Assembly: GCA_009103225.1 (NCBI GenBank)
Contig: RHPI01003156.1
Coordinates: forward strand, 740,159 to 804,158
Origin: Chlorokybus atmophyticus
Lineage: Eukaryota > Plantae > Mesostigma and Chlorokybus algae
Reading direction: 5' to 3'
DNA length: 64,000 nt
Both the position numbers and the translations under genes were made by a program. Position 1 is the first letter of the stretch. Each line of letters begins with the position of its first letter. Under the pieces are notes generated by a model. The model had not been told where the DNA came from. It saw only the letters and a program-made list of their open reading frames with translations, and searched no databases. Of this stretch, positions 23,684-37,400 are shown piece after piece.

Positions 23684-24851
23684 ACCCAACTCAACACAAG
23701 CAATTAAGACATTGCTAGAATATTAAGCCACGACCCTTGAGCAGCAATGGGAGGAGCAGTAGCATGACAGCAAGCGCAAAAACCATGCCTTCAAAAGTTG
23801 AGTCGTTTCTCAAAAGACAACTTGTGGAGGTGAAGGGAAAGGTTGGATCCCATTTGAAAGGAGCAACGGCATGCACAACGTTCATGGTGACGACAACAGC
23901 ACGAACAACGATTGCTTAATCCCCGCCACCATTAGGTGCACAGCCCGTCTTCCATTATGCTCATCGACATGCGGTTATCGCTTCGTAACACAATCTTCCG
24001 GAGCACAGTTTCCCTTCCCCCCGCCCCCTTTTCTTTGAAGTGGAGACTCTCCAACATGATTGAAGAGGATAGAAAGAAGATTTCAAAATGGGTAATTGTG
24101 AGAATTATCTGTATTACAAATTGCGTACGAATTTTGCTAAAAACCACTGATGGTTGCTGATGCGAGTATGAATGTCAAAGTGCCATTATTAATCTCATTA
24201 TATGTAACAATTGCAACTGTTTAGCGGAGCGGTGCCACACACAAACAATCTACTACATTAATCAAGTTTCGTATTTAACATCACTGTTGCTGAGTACACA
24301 ATGCCTTGTCATATATGCTTGTTTGAGGGGTTGCTCATCCGTGTTAAATGCATGTCATTAATATGCCATAAGTTTGTGACAAAATACTCATGATTATAAA
24401 ACCCGAATATGTACCGCTATGTACATAGTAATGCATGTATCCCATTATCGAACATTGATTACAATGTTGATGATTATCATACGCAGCATACAGCATGAGA
24501 ATAACTTGTACAAGTTCCACAAGATTACGGTTCATGGCTTGAACTTCAAACTCGCTTTTGACATCACACGAGAGCAGGTGGTGAGGCACACAGGTCACAT
24601 GCAAGCGGCGCCTCCTCCCATTAATACCGTTCCCTTGCCGCTTCAATCGCTTCAAACCGGCGGACCCTGGTCCGGCGGTGTAAAAGCAAGCGGCGGCGGG
24701 GGCGGCGGCAGCGGCGATGGCGGGGGCTATGGTTGTCGCAGACGGACGCAGCGGGATGCTGGCTGCAGGTGACAGGCGGTGTAGAGGCTCCACAACATCA
24801 CCCTTCTTAGCTTCTTAGCTTCCCCCTCCTCACCTCCCCAAAGCGGCGGGC

Positions 24852-27294
24852 ATGGGCGCCCCCGCCCCCGCCCCCGCCTCCTCCGCCGCCGCCTCCGCCC
24901 AGGCCGGGCCTGGTGGTGCCCCTCTCCCTGGCTCCAGGGCTAGAGCCAAAGCGCTCAACCCGGGTCAGTCCGGCCAGGCGCTGAGCGCGGTGCAGGAGAG
25001 GGCGGGGGAGTACGCGTCCTGGTCGGGGCTGAGGTGCGGAGCGTACTGGCTGGTGACGGCGAAAAGCTTCTCGCATGCCATTCTCGGCGTCGTTCTGTTC
25101 AATACGTTGGTGATTGCCCTGCAGACGGAACCAGCCTCCTCGCACGCTTTTGGTATGTGTGTTCTGGTGCCTTGCAATGCTTTGCAAGCATGCTCTGCTG
25201 CTGTTCTGCTTTGCTTTTCCGCTGCTTAACTTTGCTTCGATGGAGTACTTGTTCAATCTCTTGCTATCTGTGTGTTTAACTGGTCGATTGAGTCATGTTC
25301 TCTTGGTTGCTTGCTTGTTTTGTCTACGTTTTGTTCGCTCGCTTGCCTGCTTGTTTTCTATTCTCAACCAACACTTGCAATTCTTGCATTGTTGTGCTTT
25401 TGCGCAAAGCAAGTTGAAAAGGTTGTCATGCCTTTGCGTAGAGTATGCCTCTGTCTCACTGCCGGCTCATATGCAGGTTGGTATCTGACCATTCTAGACA
25501 ACATCTGCAACGGCATATTCTTGTTCGAGCTCTGCACCAAGCTCTATGTATATAGAAAAAAGTACTTTGCTTCGCGCTGGAACATTTTTGGTAAGCACCT
25601 TTCTCTAACATTGTTCATGGTGCTTTGAAGGCTGCCCTGTCTGTAAGCAATCATCTAACACTTGATTCGCGCCGGCAGATATGGTTATCATTCTTAGCAG
25701 CTTTTTAGACTACTTGCAGTACTTAGCTTCCGTCATTGGCAACCTCAATCCAAAGGTAGCCTCATGTTTGATGGTTCAGGCATACAATTCTTCTAATTAG
25801 TGATGTTGAATACAACCCACCATGGCAGGTGTTCAGGGTGTTGAGAGTGTTGCGCGCGCTGCGTGCGCTGAGAGCGCTGCGTGTGCTGCGCACGATCACA
25901 TTCTTCCGCAGCCTCCAGATGATTGTGCAAACCCTGCTCAAGTCCATACCGGCGCTGTCATCCATTGTCCTCCTCCTCGGCCTCGTGCTATGTACGCAAG
26001 AATGCAGCACACGCATATGCACGCACACGCGCACATGCGCACGTGCACACGCACTTGTACACCTGCAGGCCTTCACAAACGCACGCACGCACGTACATGC
26101 ACATACACTTGCACGTGCATATGCTCCCACGCACGCACGCACGCACCCTCGCATGCACGAACCAGTAGTTGCACTCGTCGACACACGCATACACACTCTC
26201 TTGCACACGCCCACATGCATGTGTACACTTGCCCAACAACACAACAGTGCTGCATCCTCTGTGCAGTTGTGTTTGCCATTGCGGGGCGGTACCTCTACGG
26301 CACCATTTTCCCGGACAAGTTTGGCAACTTGGCGCGTGCGACGTTCACGCTGTTCCAGATGCTGACTCTCGACAACTGGTACGACGGCTACGATATGATG
26401 CGCCAAGTGCAGGCTTCGGTGCTGCTCTACTTCGTGCTGTTCATCATAATCGGTGAGTGGGACTCCTATAGTAAACACATATTGACAGAGTATAACTGAC
26501 GGTGCTTACACATATTGTCATATGTCTGTACAGAGGCGTTCATTTTCCTCAACCTGTTTATTGCCGTCATAGTGAACAACTTGCAGAGCAATCAGCACCA
26601 ATTCCGTGCAGAGAGGCGAAGGGTAAGGCTGGCTGCGATGTGTGTTTGTGCTTGCAATATGTTGTGTGTACACCTGCGGCTTGTTGACACCAATCATCAA
26701 CTGAGGTTAATGTAATGAATACTTGTATATCTCGTGAAGCAGCAAGAGCGGAAACGGCGCGCCGAGATGCTCGCCGAGCTGCGCCGCAAGCAACTGGTAT
26801 GTTGGCCTGTTGTTTGCATGTGTATGTGCTTCTCTGCAGCACACAATATGTGACGAAGTGCTCATTGTGTGGGCCAAGGCGAAATCATCATACACACTTG
26901 TCATTTTTTACTTGTTGCTTTCTATGTCAGTTCAACCCGGATTCGATGGATGCCCGCAAGCGCAAAGTGTTCAAGCAGTTCCCTGCTATCGACCGCACGA
27001 TAGAGGACTACTATGCTGGCGACCCCTCCATGACAACCAGGTGGAGCACTGCTTTATGTGTACTTTGGGTCGAGTTGTGTCCGCGCAAAAGGAAGTGCCA
27101 TGCAAGCGCGGCTGATTAAACAACCCAACAACATTGCTGAAGATTGTGTTGTCACACTCTCGTGCAGGAAGAAGCAGCTGCTGGAGAGGTACTTGCAGCT
27201 GCTGGCTGCGCTGGAGAGCAACCATGACTTCTATCAAAACCAGCAGCAGGCGCTGGATGATCTGGTAGACATGATGGTTCTGGAGGGCATGTAA
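24852..27294 (+). CDS. Single-domain voltage-gated cation channel, CatSper1-like alpha subunit
   Basis: S1-S6 architecture, S4 FRVLRVLRALRALRALRVLR, pore TLDNW (26365-26379), S6 FIFLNLFIAVIVNNLQ, and C-terminal MTTRKKQLLERYLQLLAALESNHDFYQNQQQALDDLVDM resembling the CatSper1 tail. Multiple GT-AG introns. Confidence 0.82.
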
Positions 27295-27676
27295 AGAGCG
27301 TGCACGTGTGCACATGGCACCAGCGGCATGTTGATTTAAACATGTCCGTAATAATGTCTAGCTGGGTGACACCGGATCTGTATGCCTGCGTGGTGAATGG
27401 CGTGGTCAAAGGCATGTAAGCGTTGGCTTCAAGTTGGTGTTGCACTTCGCGTTCGGGATCTGTCGCCAGTTGAAGGACTTTGACGTGTGCACATGCTTGT
27501 TTCTTTCTTTATTTGGTTACAATGCTGCTCGTTGGAATGGGTAGCAATAGCTCACTGCAAACGCAATGCAAGACATGCGTACACGCGCACACTATGTTCT
27601 CGAGCTTTCTGTACACAGCACCAGCGTCGCTACTTCATGCTGAGCCTTAACACTTAATAACACAGCATTCCCATGA

Positions 27677-29137
27677 TCATGATTGTTGCTGCCTATTGCC
27701 GCTGCTCAGCTTCCACACGCTCGCAGCCGCGAGGTTGGCCAGCGAGTGCGCCAGCACAGGTGCAGCCATATCATGCGTCGCGACCGCAAGCGCACCGTAC
27801 AGCACTCCCACACCCGAGGCCCTGCACATGAACAATGTCGAAGCAACTCACCATGATCACAGTGAAGGTCACAGTGTGCTTGTGTGCGTGTGTTGTACCA
27901 TATTGCAGAGGGGATGCTCCTCCCGCCGCTGGCGTGCAGCGCCCCGAACACGGCCCCCGAGACTAGCACACCAGCCGGGTTCATCCCAATGGCCGGCAGC
28001 AGCGCCCCGCGAAACAGCAGCTCCTGCGTTGGGGTGTATGCGTGTAACAGATGTGGCAACTGCGTTGATATGTTGGTGTGGTGATGCGGCTGCTGGCTGA
28101 GTGCTTGTTTGTCAAGTACGCACCTCACCGATGCCAGGGAGAAAGGAGACCCATAGAAGGTCCAAAGGCTGCAGATTGGACAACACCTGCGCAGTGTATG
28201 ACACTCACTTCAGTCAAGTTAATTAGCGTGGTTACTTGAGTGTGCTTCACATGCACATGCGTGCGTGCACGCGCATGCGCATGCCAAACGCCCGCAGCTA
28301 ATGAACGCGCATGCAGCTACAAAGGCACTCATGCGCGCGAACACATGTACAGCTATATATATACGCGCAAGGGTCACATGCACACTCACATGCTGACGCA
28401 GGCGCACACATGCGCTTGGATGTTCTTCTCACCTGAGCATTGGATCGAGCGCTCTCTGCTCTCAACTCACTCCACACTCCCTGAACCAGCACGCGCGAAA
28501 TGGCCACGGCCCCTGCAGCCGCCAGCGCCAAACCAGCACTCCCGGCATCGTACCGCACTGCCAACAACAAGCCAACATGCTGGGAGATGACCATTGGGAA
28601 CATACAGAAGAGCACAATAACCACAATAGCACACGCTCTGCTCGTACGTGGGAGCTGCTGCGTCCAATCGGAGGAGTTGAATAACAGGCCCGCATGCGAA
28701 GCCTGCCAACAGATGAGAGAGTTGAGATCAACCATGCAGATGTGTATGTAGGTGTTTAGATATATTGGACTTATTGCACAGAAGAAGTGTGTTGTGTGTC
28801 TTACTTGGCGTGCGATCAGGGCGATGGAGGCGAGGGCCCCCGACACGCCCGCACACGCAATCAGGACTCTTTCGCGTGGAGCCGGCGGGAGGGATGGTGT
28901 CGTTGATGACGAGGGTGAGGATGTTGTTGGCGTGCTGGAGGGTTGGAATGTTGGGGGGGTGCTGGATGATGGGGAGGAGGAGGAGGGTGCGGTTGTTGGA
29001 GTGGTTGTGGCTGCACATGGTGATGTCAGACTACCACGCATAAAACAACTGCCTGTGACAAAACATGGCACACGCAGATATACAAATGCAAGCGCGTAAA
29101 CAGAGCGTGTCTCTCTCTCCGTGCGTGCATGCGTGTG

Positions 29138-29179
<42 letters not shown>

Positions 29180-29828
29180 CTCAGTCAACAACCCTCAGAA
29201 AGACCTTCACCCGCCCAGGTCGGTCCCGTTGTCCGGTCCCTTGAGAGCAAGTCTCCCGACTGCTGCGCTTGATCCCCTCCACCATCGTTCTTCCCTCCCC
29301 TTTTTGAGGAGGAGGCCCTGCGCTTGCTTTTGCTGCTGGAGCAGCAAACCTATACCAACGACTCAGCAATGAGATGGTGCAGTGGTATTGAGGTGCGGGT
29401 GCTCGTGCTGATGGACACAGCGTGCATGCGTGTGCACGCGTGTAAGCCTTACAGAATGCAGAATGCAAAGAACAAAGTGTCTTCTACTTAACACAGGATG
29501 GATGCTCGAGTTGAGAACAAGCACAATTGTGCGCCGAAGGATGATGAGGTTGCTAACCAACATGCATGGCTGATGAGATGTTGAAGATGCATCAACATGA
29601 TGGTGATAGTGATGATGAAGCTCATGTTACTGCTGTGGCTGTTGTTGAAAGGATGGTCGTAAACGCACGGTCCCCGTCCAGAATTGCAAATGAACAAGAA
29701 GCAAGCAAGCAAGCAGTGGACAGAACTCGCCAGGTTGATGTCTGGGCGTGCACCTGCAGGCGGGCTGTCGCCGTCGGCCTTGACGGCGCGACTAGCTGCC
29801 ACGTGGCGCTGCACAAGCCGGCGGCCAT
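27677..29828 (-). CDS. CPBP (CAAX protease/Abi) family intramembrane metalloprotease, probably plastid-targeted
   Basis: Motifs ELLFRGALLPAIG, SGAVFGALH and AHSLANL. N-terminus MAAGLCSATWQLVAPSRPTATARL looks like a transit peptide. Stop TGA at 27677-27679. Confidence 0.8.
29141..29176 (+). repeat. (AG)18 microsatellite in a CPBP intron
   Basis: Perfect dinucleotide run. Confidence 0.95.
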
Positions 29829-32800
29829 ACCGTGCTCCTCACGCCGCGGCGGCGGCGGCGGCAGACTAATGCAATGCTGAAAGATGACTGTAAGCTTTGT
29901 GGCAAGTTGCCACTGCCAACCTGCTTCTCGGCTTGTAGGGCCGATTCTGTGGCTTGACGGCTGTTGATTGAACGTTTGCGTGCCAGCGCGCAAGGTATAT
30001 GTAATGTACACATTCTCACAGACGCGGCGACTCTTACTTGTCAACCACTGACATCATAGGGTATAGCATAGAGGCAAGCAAGGCAACTCTAGGCAGGGGA
30101 GTCTTACACAGTCACACCATCTACTTATAAGCCATGGGGCTGGGTTCCTACGTGCAAATGCAAGCAGGGCACATCATGCTTCAGTCAAGTTGGTTTGGCT
30201 GCGCGTTCTTGTGTGCAGATTGCACTGCACTGCATCGCTCCGTGCCACAACTGACCGTCAGCTTTGCAATTACACTATTGTTCACATGGACTATTGCTCA
30301 CATGTACACGAGTGCACTGCAGTATTTGCTATGCGCTAGCACGCACTTGCGCGTGCGTGCACACCTACCTAATGTCACCTCAGAGTGTAGGTCACCATGG
30401 ATGGTGGCCTGCGCACAGCTGCAAAGTGTTGCAAAATTACTTACGAGTACAAACCTTACACAATGCACACATACTTACAAGCAGCAACGCAGCATTAAGC
30501 AATTGTCAGACAGCCCACACCAGCGACCTATCTGACACTATACAATCACAACAACTAGATGATTGCTAGATTGTTGGTGGACGCTGACTAGACTGAAACA
30601 GGACAAAACAGTTACACTAGGCAGGCAACGAAGCACCACGTGCGCACACATTGGTTTTGCCAGCAGGGCACATCTATAGGAACATCAAAGGATCACGCAG
30701 AATACGTCGAGCGTTTGCTATGGCGACGGTGATGTGATGGTGTACAGGATATGTGCGATGCTGTTTATATGAAGCAGCGTGCGACAAACCAGCATCATGC
30801 AACCACGCCAATATGCCACCATATGCATTACATGTAGAACACAATAGCTACTTCTCTGTCACTACCAGCCTATCTCACCACCGACTCTCCCCTTTTAGCT
30901 GTGTTGTAGGGTGGGCGTGCGGAAGGGGGGGATGATATTAGCGCTTGCTAGACAGACCATGTACTACATGTGACATGTGTCTGTGAGAACATGGTTGCAA
31001 CTCATACTCTTTCGCACAATGATGTCATCCACTCTCGCATTGCACATCATCAAATATTCGGCCCACAAGTTGTGGGCCACCCCCACGACCACATTTCAAA
31101 CCATGACGGGAGTCAGTCACTGACCACTCTTGGCATTAACAGCAGTGCTTTATTTTCAATAATCTCAGCGAATGTATGCTAATAGTGGGCACAACAAAGT
31201 CCTTAACACATACACACACGGGCTCCGTGCGTTGGTTTCGTTACAATCAACATGCGGAGTGTGCTATTTTAGCGCGCCGTGTTGAAACACGAGTTTTACA
31301 CAAATCAATTATACAGTGGTTACGTAATTGTGAGTCGATACATTAAATATATATTTAGGGTGTTATGAATGATATCGCATGTTATGCACTTTGTTAATGA
31401 TTTACAATTGCGAGGGCATTTGCGCACACGCGTGCGTGGCCCTTCGCAAAGGGGGGGCTACCTTGCAACATATATTGCAATAAGAATCTTATCATAAAGT
31501 TGGTCATTAATTCAGCAATCTTATTCTCATGCATCTCTTATACATGCTTGTAAGCATGTTTGATACATCATACAATTAAGCTGTCATGTGAATGCTTATA
31601 AACATGACGCGCATCGTGTATGCTTTCCATTGCCTAAGCAAATTAATGCACATGTACAAATGATGCACAATTGTGTGTTGGTTTGTTGGTGGTCATCACA
31701 TGATAGCGAGCCAAGCAATGGCTTCCATGTTTAGACCTTGGAGAGAGAGAGCAAGCTGACAGGGAGCAAAGCTCATGGATGCTATGCACCTTGCTGTTCA
31801 ATTGGCCGACCGAGTTAAATGCAGGGACAGTGCGCGTACACCTTCGATGGTCGATGCAACGTCCGCATTAACCCATGCAATGGTTATGCCAACTTTGCCA
31901 ATGGAGTAACGCAATCTCAGCGCCAGCACTGTACCATGCTAAGAGCATACTATCTGATCTGCGTCATGTTACCGTATATATACATACAAAAGCCCCCCAC
32001 CCCGTTATTATGGAGGGGGGGCTTGCAGTAGAGCAGGTGGGCTTATATGTGAGCGGATCATGCTCATTTTCGCTTCACCCACGCCTAGTAACGTACTAGT
32101 AGCATGCGTAACCAACGCCAAGCAGAATGGCCCCACGTCATGCATGTGGGGGTGTATAACGGTCGGAGGGGCTTAATACTTACACATGGCTAGGGCTAGG
32201 TTTACACCTTGATATGGGCACATTCGAACGAACAAAGAACATTACCAAGAACAATAATGTTCATTTTTTGTTCCAATAACAACCTTCACCTTTAATGTTC
32301 TGTCTCTAAATTGCATCATGACATAAACGAACTTGCAATAATGAGCAATATTCCAAATAGATTCGAAAATAACAATGAGATATTAGACAATTACAATATT
32401 GTGATACGCATCATAAAGCATAGTATGCTATATATACATTTGTAATATACTTTTGCACATAAATACGCGCGCAGTTTGTGAAGATTTTGCAATACAGTAC
32501 ATAATAAAAATGCTGACATTTTATATATGACTTGCTAACAACAACAATACATAAAATGTATTTATAGTCATATCAATATCCATCACATGTGTGCTGCTAT
32601 GTGCTTGTTCGTTCTTGCTTTTTGTATATAGCCCGAACGATCAAAAAACGTTTTTTTGGGGCGGATTCTATTTAACATGGATGTTCAGTGGGCAAGAACG
32701 CGCAAAGAAGGTTTTTGTTTGTTCATGTTATGCTCAGGAACATATTTGTTGAAACCCAGCCCTACACAAGGCCCCCGGTGGGCCCCCACTCTTTTTCGCT

Positions 32801-34449
32801 AATGGGGCTTGTTATTCGGGTTCGATTACAAAGAGAATCGATATGCATTGGTTACTGGAATCTATTATCGGCGCAATCTGGTCGATTATCCCACAGTGTC
32901 TATACGGGTAATATCGTATGCTTTTGGCTATGCTGTATGCATGAAAGACCATACAGCATAGCCACATATATTGGAAATTAAAAGCACATCCGTGGGCAGG
33001 GTGCGATTCTCCCATCACACCCTGCCCATTATGCTCTGCCCATCCTGTCGTCGCGTTTATCATGCTCAGCAACTTCGTATTATGTGCACACATAACTCGT
33101 CACACATATCATCATGTTTATGTGTTACTCTTCTTTCATTCACTGAGTTATCGCTTAAGAAAGCTTGTGAGATATATTGCAAGCTTACTTTTTGGCAGCG
33201 AATTGCTTAACGAGGTCAACCTACTACACATGTACAGCTTGTAAAGCTTGTAACCTACCCTTACTATTGGAATTTTATACATCCGCTATCTTCAACTCCA
33301 GCGTGGTAGTTTTTGTTGTTTCAAAGCGGTCGATTGAAAGCATAGCATGCGCTTTAATGTCAAGAGCATAACATACAAATGCTTATACAACCATCACAAG
33401 ACGCCATCACGCCAATCATGCCCTGCCCACCACGGCTCCATAACTGTTTATGATAATACATTGCTCATTATATAGGATGTAGATCGTGGTATGCATACCA
33501 CGATATGGATTGTGGTATTTTATATCAAGAGTACTATGCGTTTCGTAACCCTCAAGTTAAGCATAACCTCCACTGCATCATTATTGCCACAGAAGCTGTC
33601 TCGTATCGTCAATGTCTATGCTGTTGGAGAAGTTATTCTTGTGTGGTGAAGTCTGTGAGTGGGAGTAGACCATACCACAACGTGCTCAACCAAGCTTTGT
33701 TTAGGGCCCCAACAAGGCGGCGGTGACAATGTTGTTAGTGAGCACTTGCGTCGACGACTACCAAATTGTCTTGCCATTTTATTATTGTATAGAGTAGTGA
33801 AAACAGATTGTTTGGCTACCACAAATGACAATTTATATCATTAAAAGCAATTACAGCGATTGTTTTTTTCTCACATGGTACGGTTCACAATCTATCAAGG
33901 AAAGCACCACAATCCACAACATAACATACATTGCATGCCTATACAATAGTACAAGATGACAAAACATTGTCCCAACAGTTTTCGTAAATGTGACACCAAA
34001 CAACACACAACCCACCACACGCTGAAGCGTCCAGCAAGTGGCCAGCATTGCATTGGCGACAGCCATAGATTGTGTCGGCTGCTTCGCTGGCATGCAAGCC
34101 ACCACGCTCGCAACTCAATAGGATATAGCCAAAAGACGGAAATGCTTGAAGCTCGCAGCCAAACTGAGCCACTCAACACTGTGGATTGGTGCAGCACGGG
34201 CGCAGAGGCACAAACCAGTTACTATTAACATCAACTACTGACTGTGTATCTAAAAAGAATATGCAACACACATCTGCAGCTAGGACAAGGCACGCATGGA
34301 TTGTTGCTTCTGTGTTCACAACACCGAAGCTAATTGTGCATGAAGCAGGTATAAGAATCATCCTGGAAACCGGAAGCCCATGCGCGGCAGCAGTAAACTC
34401 GATCCAAGACAATTGACCGCATGCTGTGCCGGAAGACACTGGCCTTGCA

Positions 34450-37400
34450 CTACGTGTTGGCAGACGGCGGTCGTTGCAGCGGCTTCAGCTCCTTCAGCAA
34501 GGTGCTAAAAGATGGCCGCATTGCAGGGTCACTGCCAATACGGACATGTTTAAACATGCAGGAACAAGAGTGGCGAGAGGGTCAATCACAACCGACAAAT
34601 CACCTGTGCCAGCAACGTTGTATGATGTCTGAAACCACAGGGTCCACAACGTCTGGCATGGGTAGTCGACGGTGCTGGAATCCAACAGCACCAACAACCT
34701 GCACACAGATACTCAGTGCAAGGGACCAGCATAGCTGTATTATGTATGCAGCACTGTACGATCACAAAAAGATTGTGAACTTGTGATACCCTGAACATCC
34801 TCAACAGTATGCTTGATTGCTGCCTTGATGCCTGTCACGCTAGCATCTTGCCATACCACTACAGTCAAGCCACTGCCATACCTGCATGGCATTCATGTCG
34901 CGCCAGGGTTGTTCCAACGTCATCAACTCCCACAGTATAACGCCAAAACTATACACATCCGCTTTTTCATCGGAGGGCTCATTACGCAATACTTCCGGTG
35001 CCATCCACTCCGGCTGTACAATGCACACGCTGAGCACTGGGACAACAACATGTTCAAGTGCCTGTAATGGGTAGGTTTCATTGAACTTACCGTTCCAGCA
35101 TTGGAGCGGGTTGACAAGAATGTGTGATGTTTCAAACGCGAAAGTCCGAAGTCGCAAACCTTCACCACCCAGTTCTTGTCGACCAAAAGGTTGGGAGACT
35201 TGAGGTCACGGTGCACAATGCAAGGTCGACAGTTGTGTAGGTAGTTCATACCTTTAACCTGCAAGTGTGCCCAATGCACGCATTTACTACAACATACCAT
35301 CTGACAAGTCAAAGCACCCATAGCGTACATACCACGTCATAGGCCATGCGCATGCGTTTGCGATCGTCAAGCTTGGTGGGAGTTTTATGGAGAAGCCTGA
35401 ACAAACTTCCCCGAGGAAGAAATTCAGTCACAATGGCTAGGTTTGGTGGCCGGGTGATGGCTCCCATGAACAGCACAACATTGGGATGCCGCAGGCGCCG
35501 CATGATGCCAACCTATTCCATAAGGACAGCAAGCAGTCAGGCAGTCGGGACACAGCAAGCAACGACTTCAACTGAAGTGTGTGTTGGTACTGACCTCTGT
35601 TCGAAACTCTGCAAGGCGCTCTGGAGACAGGTCTTGATCCAGAAACTTCTTGACAGCCACTTCCTGCAAAACAGTACATGGTCACTTTCCTGCTACGCCA
35701 TGCCCGCAGAAAGCATAACAAAGCAATGACGCACCGAACCCTGCCAGTCAGCTTTGAAAACCTCGCCATATGACCCTGTACAACATACAAGCCATCAAGT
35801 AAGCAGGTTGTCTTGCTATGCAGCTATGCAGTCTGTATCATGCTACCAGTGCCAGTTCCTGCAAGGTTTGCTGAATTTGCTGCAAGGTGACAGAACATGG
35901 TGCCAAAGATCAAAGTTTGGATAAGTCTACAATGACATGTGCACATACCAATGCCGATGCGCTCCCCTAGCCGAATATCTTCAAAGCTTATCTCAAACTC
36001 CCCAACATCCAATTGAAGATCACTCAAGCGCATGACACTGCCATTGCCTTCACTTCCACCGCCACTGCTGCTGACTTCTTGCTGCTCTGCATGACCATCG
36101 GCGAGACCAGGCGCAGGCCTCCCCTGGTCTGCATCTGCTGTGCTGTCTTTAGCAGCGGCGGTGGGCCAGTTTTCAACGGCGGGGGGTTTTGCAGGCTGTG
36201 GATTGGCGTCTGCTACGCGCGACAGGACTGCCTCCACAGCTGAGGACTCTGAGACAGTGCGCATCAAAGGTGGACCGTCTAGAACTGCGCTGGTCCAGTT
36301 CTGTAATAGCGGAGATTAGCACGGTGGCAGCACGGCTATGGCTGCTGTGAAATATGCACACAAATTTACCGCAAGACGCGGTTCAGAAGGCACTTTGGAC
36401 AACTGGTCAGTGGGATTGGCATCCGCGCGCAAGTTAGGCAAAGGTGGTGAGCTTGGGTTGCTGTCATAGGGTGGTGGCTGCAGTGTATCGAGTGCCCTGC
36501 AATGGTGGGGTCAGTAACGGAAAAAGCCTGTACACGACCCCTACAGAAGCACACGACCTACCCTGGAGGCCACTTGTTGTCCTGCAGTAGGCCGTTTGTG
36601 CTGGGCACAGCTATGCTGCTGTCGTCATCATTACCGGCATCTGTGCCGGTGTCATGTACCTAGCAGTATGCATGTCAGGGGCCAGTAGTTATAGCCGCCC
36701 AGTAATGCACAGCAGGGCGTATGCTTCAGTGCTTCTGGCTGGCACGCACGCATGCATGCACGCACAGACAGGCACAGCACCTCTACAACATGAAGCGGGG
36801 AAGTGGGCTGCCTAGAATGGCTGCCACTGCTGCTAGCTGCTGCAGACGTAGAAGCACCATCAGGTGTGGATCGCCTTGCCAAAGCATCCGGCCTAAAAGC
36901 ATAAGTAACACAACACATCAGACTGTGCTGCTTGGCTTGGTCACCCAAAACCTTTCAGGTAATTTTGGGGTTCAAAGGCACAGATTGCACACTTCACAAC
37001 GCCACCTCACTATGCAAACATGCAGTCATTTCAGTGATGCACATGCACGCTGATCACGCAAATTGTCCTGCCAACCGACGCCCTGAACGCGTTTGGTCCC
37101 AACATCCCCCTCCCCCCCCCTCCNNNNNNNNNNNNNNNNNNNNNNNNNNNNNNNNNNNNNNNNNNNNNNNNNNNNNNNNNNNNNNNNNNNNNNNNNNNNN
37201 NNNNNNNNNNNNNNNNNNNNNNNNNNNNNNNNNNNNNNNNNNNNNNNNNNNNNNNNNNNNCACCCCCCACCCCCCTCGGCTTCTACCAACCCTCTGCCTC
37301 TCCTCCTGGGCTTTGCGTCGCCTCCACCATGCAACAGATGCCAATGCCTCTGTATTGCTTAACCTTACCGTAGTGGCAAAAGCGGCTGACGTCTGCGGAC

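Noticed and set aside
24344-24793. 149-aa minus-strand ORF head-to-head with the channel gene
   Set aside because: It has no in-frame ATG (GTG start) and begins 59 bp from the channel ATG. The GGC-rich tract is better explained as the channel's leader.
24852-27294. Calling the channel a bacterial-type Nav or a TPC/Cav fragment
   Set aside because: It is a single complete domain with introns, an Asp filter and a CatSper1-like tail; no adjacent repeat domains exist.
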